The position numbers and the translations under genes were made by a program. From the NCBI GenBank assembly GCA_001938485.1, contig MQRK01250726.1:1-54552 (forward strand): a DNA stretch of 54,552 nucleotides. The letters run 5' to 3'. The first letter of the stretch is position 1. Each line of letters starts with the position of its first letter. The notes below the pieces were generated by a model that was given only the letters and a program-made list of their open reading frames with translations, did not search any database and was not told where the DNA came from. Below, in pieces: positions 27,401 to 40,600 of the stretch. The stretch comes from Girardia tigrina. Taxonomy: Eukaryota.

Positions 27401-30400
27401 TTGTACATTTTCTACGATAAAATAATTGGTTTTATTGTTTACATTAATTTTTAAAAATTAAAAAGTTAATTCTTCTTATCATAAATAAATACAAGAAAAT
27501 AGACTTTAAAATTCAAAAAATGAAATTTAAATCACTCAAAAATTATATTGATAATTAATATTGATTAAAATAATATTTGTTTAAATATTATTCTTTAATT
27601 TTTAAATTGCCTTTTTAGATAGTCTTTTAAATAGTCTTTTCCTTAAAACCCTCCTGACAATAAATATCGAAAAATCACAATTAACTTTTATAAAAATAAT
27701 TTTTTAAATTCCTTTTTCCAGATTGTAAATTTCAAAAAGGATTAACTTTTATTTTAACTTTTTTATATAATAATTTCTGTTTAATTAATTTATTAATTAT
27801 TTTTATTTATTTGCAATAAATAATCAATTTTTCTTCTTTTCTTATTTATTTCTTATCTACTTTTTCATTCTTATCATTCATTCGTATTACAAGGTATGAT
27901 TTTAGATTTATTTTTTATAAATATTTTCAATTTATGATTTGTAATTATTTTCCATATTTTATTTTAAAATAATAACTTTATACAATTTCAAATACGTAAA
28001 ATACATTTTAAAATATAGCTCAACATAAATATCTTCATCAACGCAATAAAACTCTTCGTCAGTTTCTTCCTCGTTTTCATAGTCCATCTTCATTGATTTA
28101 TCGGTCAGTAACACATAATCGCAAGTGTAAAATCCGAATTTCAGAACGTCATGCTGCTACAACTCTTAATATCGTTGAGATTCGATCTTTACACCATTGA
28201 TAAAGGTTCCATTTGTCGATTTTAAATCGATTAAATACGGTTTGACGGCTTCTCCAAAATTTCTGAACTGGATAACGACGAGTTGTTTGCTGATACTCAG
28301 ATGATCCATCAGAATTTTACAAACTTCTCTTTGTTTGTTATTTAAATATCCCCTTTGTCGATGCAAATGTATCGTCGGCAAAGATTGATAACCTTCGAAA
28401 GAAAAAAAATCCATTTTGTGTAGCAACATTGGCTTCTTCTGATAGATTATTTTCACACCTTTGTACCTGTTAGTTTCTTTTTCCAAAAGACAAGTTAGTC
28501 GAAAATTAACGAATTCTTTTTTTAAGAGATCTTTAGGTTGGTTGTACTTTGTTTCATGATGATCCAGTGAATAGTCGTGTGTATTTTGCGAATTAGCTTT
28601 CGACTTTCTGTCTTTATAATACATTTGTTTAAATAATATTCAATATTTTTTAAAAAATTTTTAAAAATGGCAGAAGTATCTGAAATGGTTTGTTTATTTT
28701 TAATTGTCTATTTGAAATTGATAATGATCCTTTACTTATTCAACTTAGTCAAAAACGGGAATGGCTCTCTTAGGCATCTGTATTCATTATTGAATACAAT
28801 TCAAAGAAATCGATAAAGATATCGGGATGATCATGATTTCAACACCATCAGTATCAGCGAGACGGTCGATCGCGTCGTTTAATAGAAAAAAATTTACTTC
28901 CAATAAAATTATATTGTGAATTTCGACTTTTTGATGATTAAATACTTTGTCTCTTTTTTAAATAATAATTTTTTATAATTGTTTGATTCTTCATTTATTT
29001 TCCAAGAAACAGAAATTTTCTTTAGTAAATTAGAAGAAAATCTTTGTTCGATTTCATTTATTAAACAGTTAATTTTAATAACTGTATTTTTTTAATCAAG
29101 TTACGTAATGGCTTTTCAATATCACAAAAGACGAGATGGAACCGGTTGCATTAGTAAAACTTGGAAATTTATGAAGAAGAATTTGACAATAAAAATAAAA
29201 AGACTGGACGAGTCAAGTTTGTGCTTTTATTATAAACATCGCAAATATTTGAATTTTTCTTATCCAACAGATGCTGCATTTGTCATGCTTTTTTTACAGA
29301 TCAAGGGCAGTAACACTGGTCCGATGATTAATCATTTGAAATCAAAACATCCTTTTCAATTTAATGATGTTAAGAAGAGTAATGAGAAGTTCCAAATTAA
29401 TTTTAGAGTTTTTATTAATTCTGTTCTGCATATTTTTTTATATTTTAGCAATGATATGACAAAAATATTTGTATTGTTGATGTTGTTTTTAAATGTTAAA
29501 TTGAGTGTAGATTTGGGATTATGTCAAATTATTATTATCAGAAATAATTTATATTGAAAACGTCTTGNNNNNNNNNNNNNNNNNNNNNNNNNNNNNNNNN
29601 NNNNNNNNNNNNNNNNNNNNNNNNNNNNNNNNNNNNNNNNNNNNNNNNNNNNNNNNNNNNNNNNNNNNNNNNNNNNNNNNNNNNNNNNNNNNNNNNNNNN
29701 NNNNNNNNNNNNNNNNNNNATATATATATATATATATATATATATAATGTTATTGTATTATTATTATTTTCATTAATATTATTATTACTATTGTTAATAA
29801 CATAATTTATTTATTAGATATATACATATAAATAATTAATGTTAAATTAAAATATTTAAAAAGTAATAAAAATTATTATAGTTTTAATTATTATTTGATT
29901 ATTCACACTAAAATTATGATTATTATTCCATTTTGGTGAGTTTTAACTCCTTCGACAGGGATCCATTCATTATGGGGGTGCTCCTGTTTTTGTTGGAAAA
30001 ACCCATCACACGTAATTATAAAATAATCAATTTGTTATTGTATTATTATTAACTTATTATTATATTTTTTATTATTTATTATTATTATTAAATTCGTTAT
30101 TATTTTCTTATTATTTATTAATATTATTAGTGTGATTATTATCTACATTTTATTTTTATTACTATTGCTAAAACTTAATATTATTTATTAGATATATTAT
30201 AAGTTAAGTTTTTTTCCTCTCCATCACCTTTATCAAAATGAAAATAAATTTGAAATTAATTTCTTAGAAATGATTAGCAGAAAATGTCATTTATTTTAAA
30301 ATATTATATATATTGTTTATCATATCTTATCATTAAATGAGCATTATTACTATTAACATTATTATTAAAGTTAATTATAAATAGTATCTAATATATTTAA

Positions 30401-33400
30401 TTATTAATTATATTACAATATATAATTTTTAATGTTTGATTAATATTATTATAACTAATTTATATTAAATATTCAAAATTTATGTTGTGTAATTTAAAAA
30501 AATTATTAGTACAAATATTTCTGTTTTTTGAACACATTAATTCAAAAGAAATATGTACATAACAAAAACAGATATCTAATTTATCATCTTTAAAATGGCA
30601 CAATTTAGAAAGCAAATCATGGAATTTTAGATGATTTAATAAACACTTATAATAATAATTTGTCTGTAATAAGCACTATATTTGGACATGGGTTATATAA
30701 AAATATATTCCACCTCCTTTAATGCATTTAATTTTCTCCTTTCTGTCGGTTTATTTGTACAAAAGTACAATAACCGTATTGAAAGGAGATTCAACAATTT
30801 TAAATCGTGAATTAATGTTTAAATGTTCATTTAAACAATTTTCTTATTATTTTTAAATAATTTAATTTCAATAATTAAATTTTATAAATATAATACATCT
30901 ATTTATTTTTCAAAATAGTTTAGTTTTTTTCTCACAAGTGATTTTATGAAAATGAAAATAACTTTGAAATTACTTTCTTAAAAATGAATAGCAGAAATTT
31001 TTTTTCTTTTGAAAATAAAAATATTATATGTGATTGTTTTTTAAACATCTTACAATCAAGTATTTTTAATATACTATCAAATACAAGTTTAGATTTTATA
31101 ATTTAACTCTAAATATAGATTCTTCGAGTATTAATTATAGACATATTTAGACAAAATATCAATTCCAGTAAATTATTTATCTTAAATTTTCAAATAACGA
31201 ATATTTATTTACTGCGTTTTATGTACCTTAGCTCATTTAGTCTGATATACAGTAATTATTTGCCGCAATTTTTATAGCCTGTGACATGAAATTTTGCAAA
31301 CTTATTCATTTAACCATATATTTAAATACTAATTTATCAATACATTTATCAATTAAAAAATTATATAAGCTCCAGATTATTGAGGAATATAATCACAATA
31401 AACAAAATCTTTAAAAAATCAATTGATTATTCGTGTTAAACTACCATTTCATCAAGTACACATGCGTAGATATTTTTTTAAAAAATATTAAATATAATTT
31501 TTTTGATCATTAACCACAGAATCCGTTAGCGACATCAAATATCAATTTTATTATATTTAATCACCCTCATTTGACGAAATTTCAAATTTATTATTCAATT
31601 TGTTGTATTATAAATTATCGCAGTGGTTCCCAACCTTTTTGTACTGCCGCCCCCTTTTAAAAAATTGTTTATTCATTTTTTGTGACACCTATTCGATTTT
31701 TTTAGTTGTATTCGAAAATTATATTTTGGAAACAGCTATATGCCCCCCTTGCAACAGTCTCGTGCCCCCTGGGGGAGCGCTTCACAGGTAGGAAACCACT
31801 ACATTAGTTTATCACCACTTCATACAACAGCAAACAATTAAATTATTACGTGAATAGTACCGAATAAAAAAAATAATGTACAGTGACTTGCAGTTAACAG
31901 CAAATTATTGTCGGTCAAGTTGCTACATATTAGAATTGTGATTCTTTCTTTCGACATTTTCCAACCAATGCATTTGTCTTCTTTGAATTTGAATAACAGA
32001 TATATGGTGAAGATCTTCATGACTTCAATCGAAAAATACGAAACAAGACCAAATGAAGGAAACTCTAGGCAAGGAATGTTTACAGATATAGACAGGCCTA
32101 TGACAAAGACCAGGAAAACGAGAATACATGATCAGAAGGAGAGGTGATCAGTGTCCTTCATTAAAAAGTAAAAAATGTTGGTGTATGTGATTGTGTGTGT
32201 GTAATGATTGAGTGTTTGAAGATACCACTATCGCAGTTTGCGAATTAGATTGTTGGAAAGAAGTATATGATACATACTGTTTTAATAAAGAAACGTTTAA
32301 TTTGCTAAACGAAGACCGTTTAAAAGTTTAAAAATTATAAAAGTGCCCACGTCTATCAATGAAATTAGAGATCGTTTAAACGTTTTTTAAACGTTTAATT
32401 TGCTAAACGAAGACCGTTTAAACGTTTAGAAAATTTTAAAACGTGCCCACGTCTATCATTGAGTAACGGAGACCTCAAAATTTAAATCAATCTTTTTTGG
32501 ATTGTTTATTGATTTTTTCGAAAATATAAATCAACCCTTGTAACACACAAACTATTTTCAACACACTGTTTAATTGATAATATTTAAACAAAATATTTAT
32601 CAAAAAAGCCTATATTAAATATTTTAAATAATCAAAATATCTAATATCCAACACTCCCACAATATTCGTCCACAGAAGAATCTGAATCCACAATGTAATC
32701 ATTTAGATAAGACGGTCTTCGTCTTTCTCTACTAGGCCTACTGTTCAATGATTGTTCCTCTTGTGTTTGATTGTCTGGTAGTGATGCAGTTTCCTCCATA
32801 TTTATATAGTATGACTTGGAATTTTCAACCAAGTCAGGCTGTCTAGGTCTAATGTCTGCAAAATGTCTTGGACCGCAAAATCCGTTGCAATTTACTAGAT
32901 ATTTCCTTTGATCTATTCTTTTCACGACAACACCCTTGGCCCATTGCTGTGTACATGGTGTACTGTTTTCCGGTTTTACCCATACTAATTGATTCTCAAT
33001 ATAATCGGGATTTCCACAAAACGGTTCCTTTTCACTTCTTCCAATTATATCTAACCCTATGGGTAAATAGCTATAGAGCGCCGAGATTGGTGTTTCTTTT
33101 CCTTCAGATAGCGTGTTATTATACCACCATAAAGCTTCCAATATGCTGATATTTGATCTGGACGCAATTCTTTTGCTTGTTCTGTGATTCCTTTCTATTA
33201 TTCCGTTGCGGGTAGGTCGATTGATGGCACGATACATGACTCGAACGTTCCACTTTTCCTTTAACTTGTTGAATTCTACCGAATGGAATGTGGTATATTT
33301 ATCGATAATTAGTTCCTTGAGAGACCCGCGTTCGCAGAACAAACTTGAGAATTCTGAGACAATTGATTTGACGTCTTCAGCCTTAATTAATTTCCAAATG

Positions 33401-36400
33401 GTAAAGTGAAAAGGACCACAATCGATTACACTTAAAAATTTTTGTTGATTGTAATTTGTTACATCCGCAGCAAGTCTTGTCCAGTTTTCCTTGACGCTCA
33501 GCCTACCGGTTTTCCATTTTAAGGGTGCCGGATCGGTGGATTGACATTTTTGACATCTTGAAATTGATTCTCAATATAATCGGGATATAGAAGAGGAACA
33601 ATGATCTTTGATATCCGCGTTTGACACACCTATTCCTTGCTTCGCACATAGATATCGCATTCTGTTCGCGCCTAAATGACACTTATCATGAAGTTACTGC
33701 AGCTTGAGTAGATCCTCCGTAACCGATAAAAAACAATTGCTTCTTTTTAATTGTTTTGGGATTCTTGTCAACTCGTCCTCCTTGTTATCTTCGCTACTAA
33801 AAAACTCGATCTTCAACTCAATCTCATACTCCTGACACAGCTCCTTGATCATCGACAGTCTTCGTTTTATTAAAAGCTCAGATGAAACCTTGGTATTTAA
33901 TTTTTCGCGATCTGAGATTGTTGAGGTTATCCACGAAACTACTGACTTATTATCCGATTTTACCATCACGCTCCTTAAACCCCATTTCACACATAAGTTT
34001 AAACACTTTACAACTGCTTCTAGTTCTGCTACATTAATATGTCTAGAATCATCAGTTTTTCTCAACCATGATGTGTCCTCGATTATGTTCCCCTTGACTT
34101 CTAACGCCACACCAATGGCTATTGAACTTGCGTCGCACCATATAATACCTTCCATGCAGTCATCAATAGCCCATAAACCTCTGCAAGGATCACTCTCCAT
34201 CACTATCTTTAAAACCCATTTAATCTTCTTGAATAATTCCTCGTATTATACAGTCATACAGATGAACCATTATGTAGGTTGTGAGCGACCAACATGGTTT
34301 CCTGTTATAATAATATGTCTGCGTATGAGAGAACATTAACACCCTCTCACACTGGTTTACGATACCCCACTGCGTAGTAGTGGGGACGTGTGTGTCAGTT
34401 TAGGGTAATGTTTTCTGAAGAACATAGGTGTGTGTCACAGCAAGATATTATGAGGACGGGAGAGGTCGTCTTTCGAAGTTGGTTGAGAAACATTGGTTTA
34501 AAGTATTAACTACAATTTAGTATTTTCCACTCTAAAAAACATCAGAATACATTTAGTTTGACATAAGTCATACTCCTCTGCGTTATTAATCCTTCCAACA
34601 ACAAACTCATATAGTGTGTGGGTGTGAGTGCATAATTTGCGTATGCCTACGTGGCAGACGAAAGATCAAATGGAATATGGGTTGACTGATTGTGATTATA
34701 TTTAGCGAAATAAAGAAGCAATTTTTTTACCTTTTATAAATGGTTAAAAAATTAATTTTGTTAAAAAATTGATTGTCGGTGTTGGAAGGAGGTTAACACG
34801 ATTTTTAAAAACAATGATAATTTATAAAAAAAATTAAAGTGATAATAAACAAAGAAACATTTGAGTTAATGTGGTAAATTTTTTCTTCTTTTATTTTTTT
34901 AATCTATATTTTTGTGATATATTTAGTAAAAAGTGTGGTATATTTAGTAAATCCCAAAAAGAATCTCAATTTACATTCCCAATTAAATCACAAGGGTAAT
35001 TAAATTTGTAATATCAATTTATTAATTTAATAATAAACATTGAATAATTAATAATCATTGTTCGGTTATTGATACACTATAGAAAACATTTAGATAATTA
35101 AATTCAATTTTTAAAATACTTCGTTTCAAATAGGAAGCGCCACTCTATATCAAGATAAATTACCGCTGTGATTTAATTTGGGATGTGAATTAAGATTTTT
35201 TGTTAAAAATTGAAAAAAAGAAATATTAAATTATGTTTCTAAAATTTATTAAAAAGTATTAAAATAGGAAGCAATACTCTATAACAATATACAACATTGG
35301 AAAATATTGTTCCCAATAACATGTTTTTCTACTGTTATTTATAAGAAATTAGAATCTCTTAAAGAGAAATTCATCCAAAGAAACAAAATGTAAATTGTAA
35401 ATAAACTTCAGAGGAATAATTTAAATTGCATGAATGTGTGAATCTATAAATTATGTATGTTGATTTGAGTATGTTATTTCTGTAGAAGCTTAAGAAATTT
35501 TTTCCCTTATCATTTGTATGCTGGTAATTAATTTATTTTAAAGCTCAACTAGTAATAGATTTAAAAAATAAAATTTCACAGTTGTGAGGAATATTTTAAA
35601 TTGTTTAAATGTGTAAATGTATGGGTGCTGTATATTGATTTAAGTATGTTGAATTTAGAATAGTGATTCTCCCACCCAGGTGGAAATTGGTATTTTTTAT
35701 TAAGTTTAAAGTGATTGACTATTCGAATATAATTAAAATAATCATTTGATAAGTTTATATTTTTTAAATGAACAATTAAAATTAAGTTTAATATTTTTTT
35801 TAAAAAACAAAAAAAAGAATTTAATTAGATTTAAATTAAATACATTTTTAACAATTTTATAAATTTTTTATTATTTTGAGTTTTTATAAATGGTTAAAAA
35901 TTTATTTTTAATTACTATTTTTTAGAAATTAAATATTTTAAAAAGATTTAGAAAAAAATTGTTAGAATAATCATGGTTAAAAACAGGAATTAAAAAAAAC
36001 AATTAGTGCGATGCCAAACGGTGATAGATCTTTCATGAGTTGTGATGACTCCAAATGTGATAATAATAAAAATTCTAATGAAAATTGTGTCGATGTTCTT
36101 AACAAAAAAACTGATTATTATAAATTACCAGTGTGATAATGAAATCACAAATATTGAACATTTTAAAAAAGAAAATATGACAAAATTACAACAATGCGAG
36201 TATTATACTGTTCAGAAGACACATTGGAAATGGTGTCGCAATATTCATCATTGGTTTCCGTCGTTTGGTTATATGAAACAGTACTCTCTCCATCATTATC
36301 GTTTGATGCATAACGATTGATGATTGAATTCATGTCTCCATACAATGTCTCTATTTAACAAATAATTTTTATAAGATAAGTTACTAACAATACTCATGTC

Positions 36401-37609
36401 AGCTCTTTCCTCAACTGTACCATAAAAAGCTGCATCCGTAAGTGATCTTTCCAAGTCTGTTATTTCTGTTTCTAAAAACGGAAGATTTTCAATTTTATAT
36501 TGTTAACATTTCGAAAATCATCTTAAGTTTAATAAAATACTCCATTAAAAAGAGTCCACCAAACGTTTTCGTACCTTATTCAAAACAGTACATAACACAA
36601 AAATTTATTAATTAAAAAATATTTTAAATTTAACTATTTTATTTATCAACTACCCATCTTCTTTTTATATCAATTGATGATAAATTAAAATAAAAAAATA
36701 ATTTAATTTATAATATTTTCTTTAAAGATTTTTTTGTCATTTAACATAATAAAAATAATATATTTTTATCAACATAGAAAAATAACCACATGAATAATTA
36801 TTTATTAATTCATTAGAATTCACTATTTGTTTTGTTTTCAACAAAGAACAACTTCAGATGGCTTTTACATTGAAATAATGTTTGAAAATTTTAGTCATGG
36901 GAAAGTTTAAAAAGTTTTTCTAAAAAATATTTAAAAATACACAGTAAATTGAGAAAAAAATTTCATTTTATTTTCGTTTTAATGCTTATGTTGAAATATT
37001 TGTAACTCGCGAAAATGTTTTCGTAATATAATTTTTTAATAATGGAATTTTCTTCAATACTAATTTAGTTAATTATTTTTTAAGTTATATTCAATTTCTT
37101 GATTGACTTTACATGTTTCATCACCAATCAGAATTCGGCATTCATTCCAGTTATTTATGTCATCAGTCCAATACAGCACAAGAATCAATTACGAAATTTG
37201 AGTTTTTGCAGCTGGATCATCCCTCATATAACTCTAATATTTAAATATTAAGCCATCTAAAGAAAGGATTTCACTTAAATAATTTGATTGAAAGAAAGGA
37301 ATATAAACAAATATGGTTATTTTTTCTAATAGTGTTCGATCAACTCTGTTAAAGATGTAAAAAGAGCTGTTAACGACGATAAATTGTTTGAAATATTGTT
37401 GGCGTATCTATGTGATTTATAAATTAACACGAAAATCAAACGATTAAGAAGTGCTTTTAAATAAAATATTTATTATCAATCAAAAATATTTACAATTGAT
37501 TTTTGTTAAATCGAGATTCTTAACCTTTTATAATTGAATTTAAAGATTGGGTAAGTGAGGAAACGATATTTCGTTTACCCCAAGGTGATTTTAGTTATAT
37601 AAGAATATA

Positions 37610-37647
<38 letters not shown>

Positions 37648-40600
37648 TGCTTTTTCGTTTTCTAATTATTTGTAACTGATCAATTCTAAGCTCTCCTTTT
37701 TAGAGTCTCTTCAAAATAGTATAACAGCTGTTAAGTCTATAATCTTTTGAAATTAAGTCAACACTTTTCTTCACTTCGAAATTATGTCAAAACTTTCTTC
37801 GAATTTAAGTCAATTTTCTCTTAGAAATAGTAGAACAACTGTTAAATAAGTCAACAACTAAATCTTCGTAGGAGAATTAATTAATTTCGTATTTCTAGAC
37901 TTTCTTTTTAAAATAAATTTTTTTTGTGTCTTTCCTTTCAAAACTCTTTCCTTTTATTCTCTCTTGCACTTTTTATTCTCTTTATTTACTTTTTAATCAA
38001 ATTATTTTTTTTTATAATAAATATCTTTTTATAAATTCTTGACTGTTTAGCTTTTTATTTATTCTAAATTCAATTATTTATATATAAATTATATTTATTT
38101 GTATAGAAAGATAAATAAAATCTTATTTTATCTTATTAATTAAAACAAACTTTATTTTTTACTATATTTATTATAATTACCTCAACAATATTATCGATTA
38201 ATATTTACTGTTATTAATGCTCAGTTATTATTTTTATGGATATTGATTGTAATTATTGTCATATAATCAATCGACGATTATATTAATCGTTAAAAAAATT
38301 AAATAAAAATAATAGTCCAATTAAAAAAGATTTACATAAAAAATTTTAATTTAAAAAAATAAAATTAAATAAGATTTTATTTATTCGAACGGTTCACAGA
38401 CATTTGATTTAAAAAGTTTAAAAAAATAATTAAACTTTAATGTTTTTGTTTTAACTGAAAACATTTTCGTCTTTAATTAAGGTTTTTAAAGGCAATGGCG
38501 AATAATGAAAAGCACAACTCCGCACACTTTCCTAACACCAAAAAGATTCAAATTACTTCGTATCAACTTTCAACAACCATCGTTTAATTAATAGCATTTG
38601 ATGAAGTACATTGAGATGAAAAAGAGGCATTTCAAGAAATGAAACCTATAAGGTTACCTTATCTAAAATTCATGTTTAAGTTGAGTTCTAGTAGATAATT
38701 ACGTTCAGGCTTATATAACACTACTACGAGAATTCATACGATTCTTATCTGTTTCTTAGAAGTTCATTGACTGACAACTAACACAACATGTATCAACTGA
38801 ATAATATTGTGGACCTTAAAGATTTTTTTAAAATATAAACAATTTTTCTTCTTTCAACAGTGTTGCACTAAAATCAAATTTGTTAGAACTTATTTTTAGC
38901 GCAATTTCCATACTGACAATTGCGATTATTAATTGGTTATTTCTGTGTGGATGGATGGATGGATGTGTGTCCGCAGCTTTAAGTCGTATCTCCTCCTCAA
39001 CGAAGCAATATCGAGGGCTAGTTCCAAATGCAAATATGTTAAGCAATTTCGGAGGATGATTGTGGGCCAAAAAAATTCCCGGATTTCCTTCCTGGATTTC
39101 CCGGAAAAGCCAAAAAACCTCGAAAAAATGCAGTTTTTGGCCTATATCTCGGCAACCAGACCACTTAGCGACTTGAAACATTTACCAATCGATTCCTGCT
39201 ATAATTTAGAACAATATTGCCGAAGAAAGTTTTCAAAAATATCCTTTCGTTCGGTCACAAAAATATTAATCATAGTCAAATACTGATATAAACGTTTTAA
39301 TATTTGGGCAACGAATAACATAAGAAAATTGCGCTTAAATTGTCACTAGACTTTTTATTAACTTGTTTTAATACGGGTCAAAAATTGGGAATAAAAATTA
39401 CACTTTTACATAAGAAACACAGACATTAAGCTATATATACTTGAAATATTTGAAATCTTTAAAATAAAAAAATAATTATAACGTTTAATTTCATTAACAT
39501 AAATAGTTACCTTCGAATTCAGTATTCTTTAAACATCTAAATGAAAAACTCAGTTAATATTAAAAATCAAAATAGTAACACTTTAAAATCAAAATAGTAA
39601 GTACTTTCAAAATAAAAATAAATTTGTTAATACACTCTATTTGCCCTGATATAAGTATTACAGGCGCATATATGTACTTAATTCTCTTTTTACACTATAG
39701 ATATTATCCAGAAAAAAACAGTATCATAAGACACATTTTATAATACCAAAAAAATAAATAAGAAATAACATTTTTTAAGAAAACAAATATTTAACTGGAC
39801 TAAAAAGAATGAAATATTTTTTCTCCTATAAAAGAAAACGACAGGAATACATTTGCTCATAACTCAAAATGTGCGATTTAGTTATGGTGATATCTTTATA
39901 AAGATCCCTATGTGCAATAAGCCACTCAATGATTAGTATAAAAGTACGCAGTTGATCTGTTAATCACTAGATATATTTGGATTTTCAAGGGTATGTGTTA
40001 CTACAACAATAGGTGCATCATAACTCGAAAATTCTTGACCGAAATTTTCGGTGCACATTGCTGATTTGATAGCCTGGTTTTTGGCGAGCCGTTTCCGCAC
40101 CTAAAAACAATAATTGGTTTATTAAACTGGGCACATTATGAAAGAGTACAATACTCCGAGTTGAGAAAATCAATATTTTTTTGAAAATTCATGACAAAGA
40201 TATAACCAAATAAAATAAAATTAATAAGAAATCCAAAAATGTATTTATTACGAAAGGCTAGTTATGACAAATATCAAACAAATACAAATTTAAATTAAAT
40301 TGTTTTCTATTTAATTTATAAATAGCGATAATTAGGGTGTGATCAAAAATTGGTTTTGGTTCAAAAAATGAGCAAATAATCATTCATATATTTGGCGTGT
40401 CTAAAAAGTAATGAGACTTCTCTTACCCACTTACAAGACGGATAGTTTTCAGAAATGCAATTTATTTTCATACAACATATTCCCCTTGACTCGAATGACA
40501 TCTTTACAATGGATATACAATCTTTTCAGCTCATACAGGAAGCCTTGATGCTCAATGCGTCGGAAAAGTTGCAACGACTCTTTCTGAACCTTTTCTTTGG

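Larger units (their letters stand above)
26820..32455 (+). mobile_element. Non-autonomous hAT element (about 5.6 kb including a gap) carrying cargo
   Basis: 17-bp TIRs TAGAGGTGGGCACGTTT / AAACGTGCCCACGTCTA (1 mismatch); perfect 8-bp TSD TCATTGAG at 26812-26819 and 32456-32463; subterminal GTTTAAAC/AAACGTTT arrays; BED-finger remnant inside. Confidence 0.9.

Noticed and set aside
28155-28170. TAA at a Tyr position in SNIP1 suggesting stop-codon reassignment
   Set aside because: sid-1 ends normally in TAA, and the SNIP1 copy has other decay (a TAG stop and the lost GR motif), so these are ordinary nonsense mutations.
29554-29805. ORFs spanning Ns and (AT)n
   Set aside because: Artefacts of the assembly gap and the microsatellite.
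30230-31030. Diverged direct repeat of about 50-80 bp, roughly 720 bp apart, in extremely AT-rich DNA
   Set aside because: Looks like an old local duplication in low-complexity sequence with no functional signal.
36529-36574. Candidate exon [12 protein letters not shown](VFY*) in phase with the TM1 exon
   Set aside because: Its donor is phase 0 but the next exon needs phase 1, and the 39511-39536 micro-exon solves the frame. It remains possible only as an unsupported alternative terminal exon.
37105-37150. GAAACAUGU on the minus strand resembling a hammerhead arm
   Set aside because: No correctly placed CUGANGA box or stem II.
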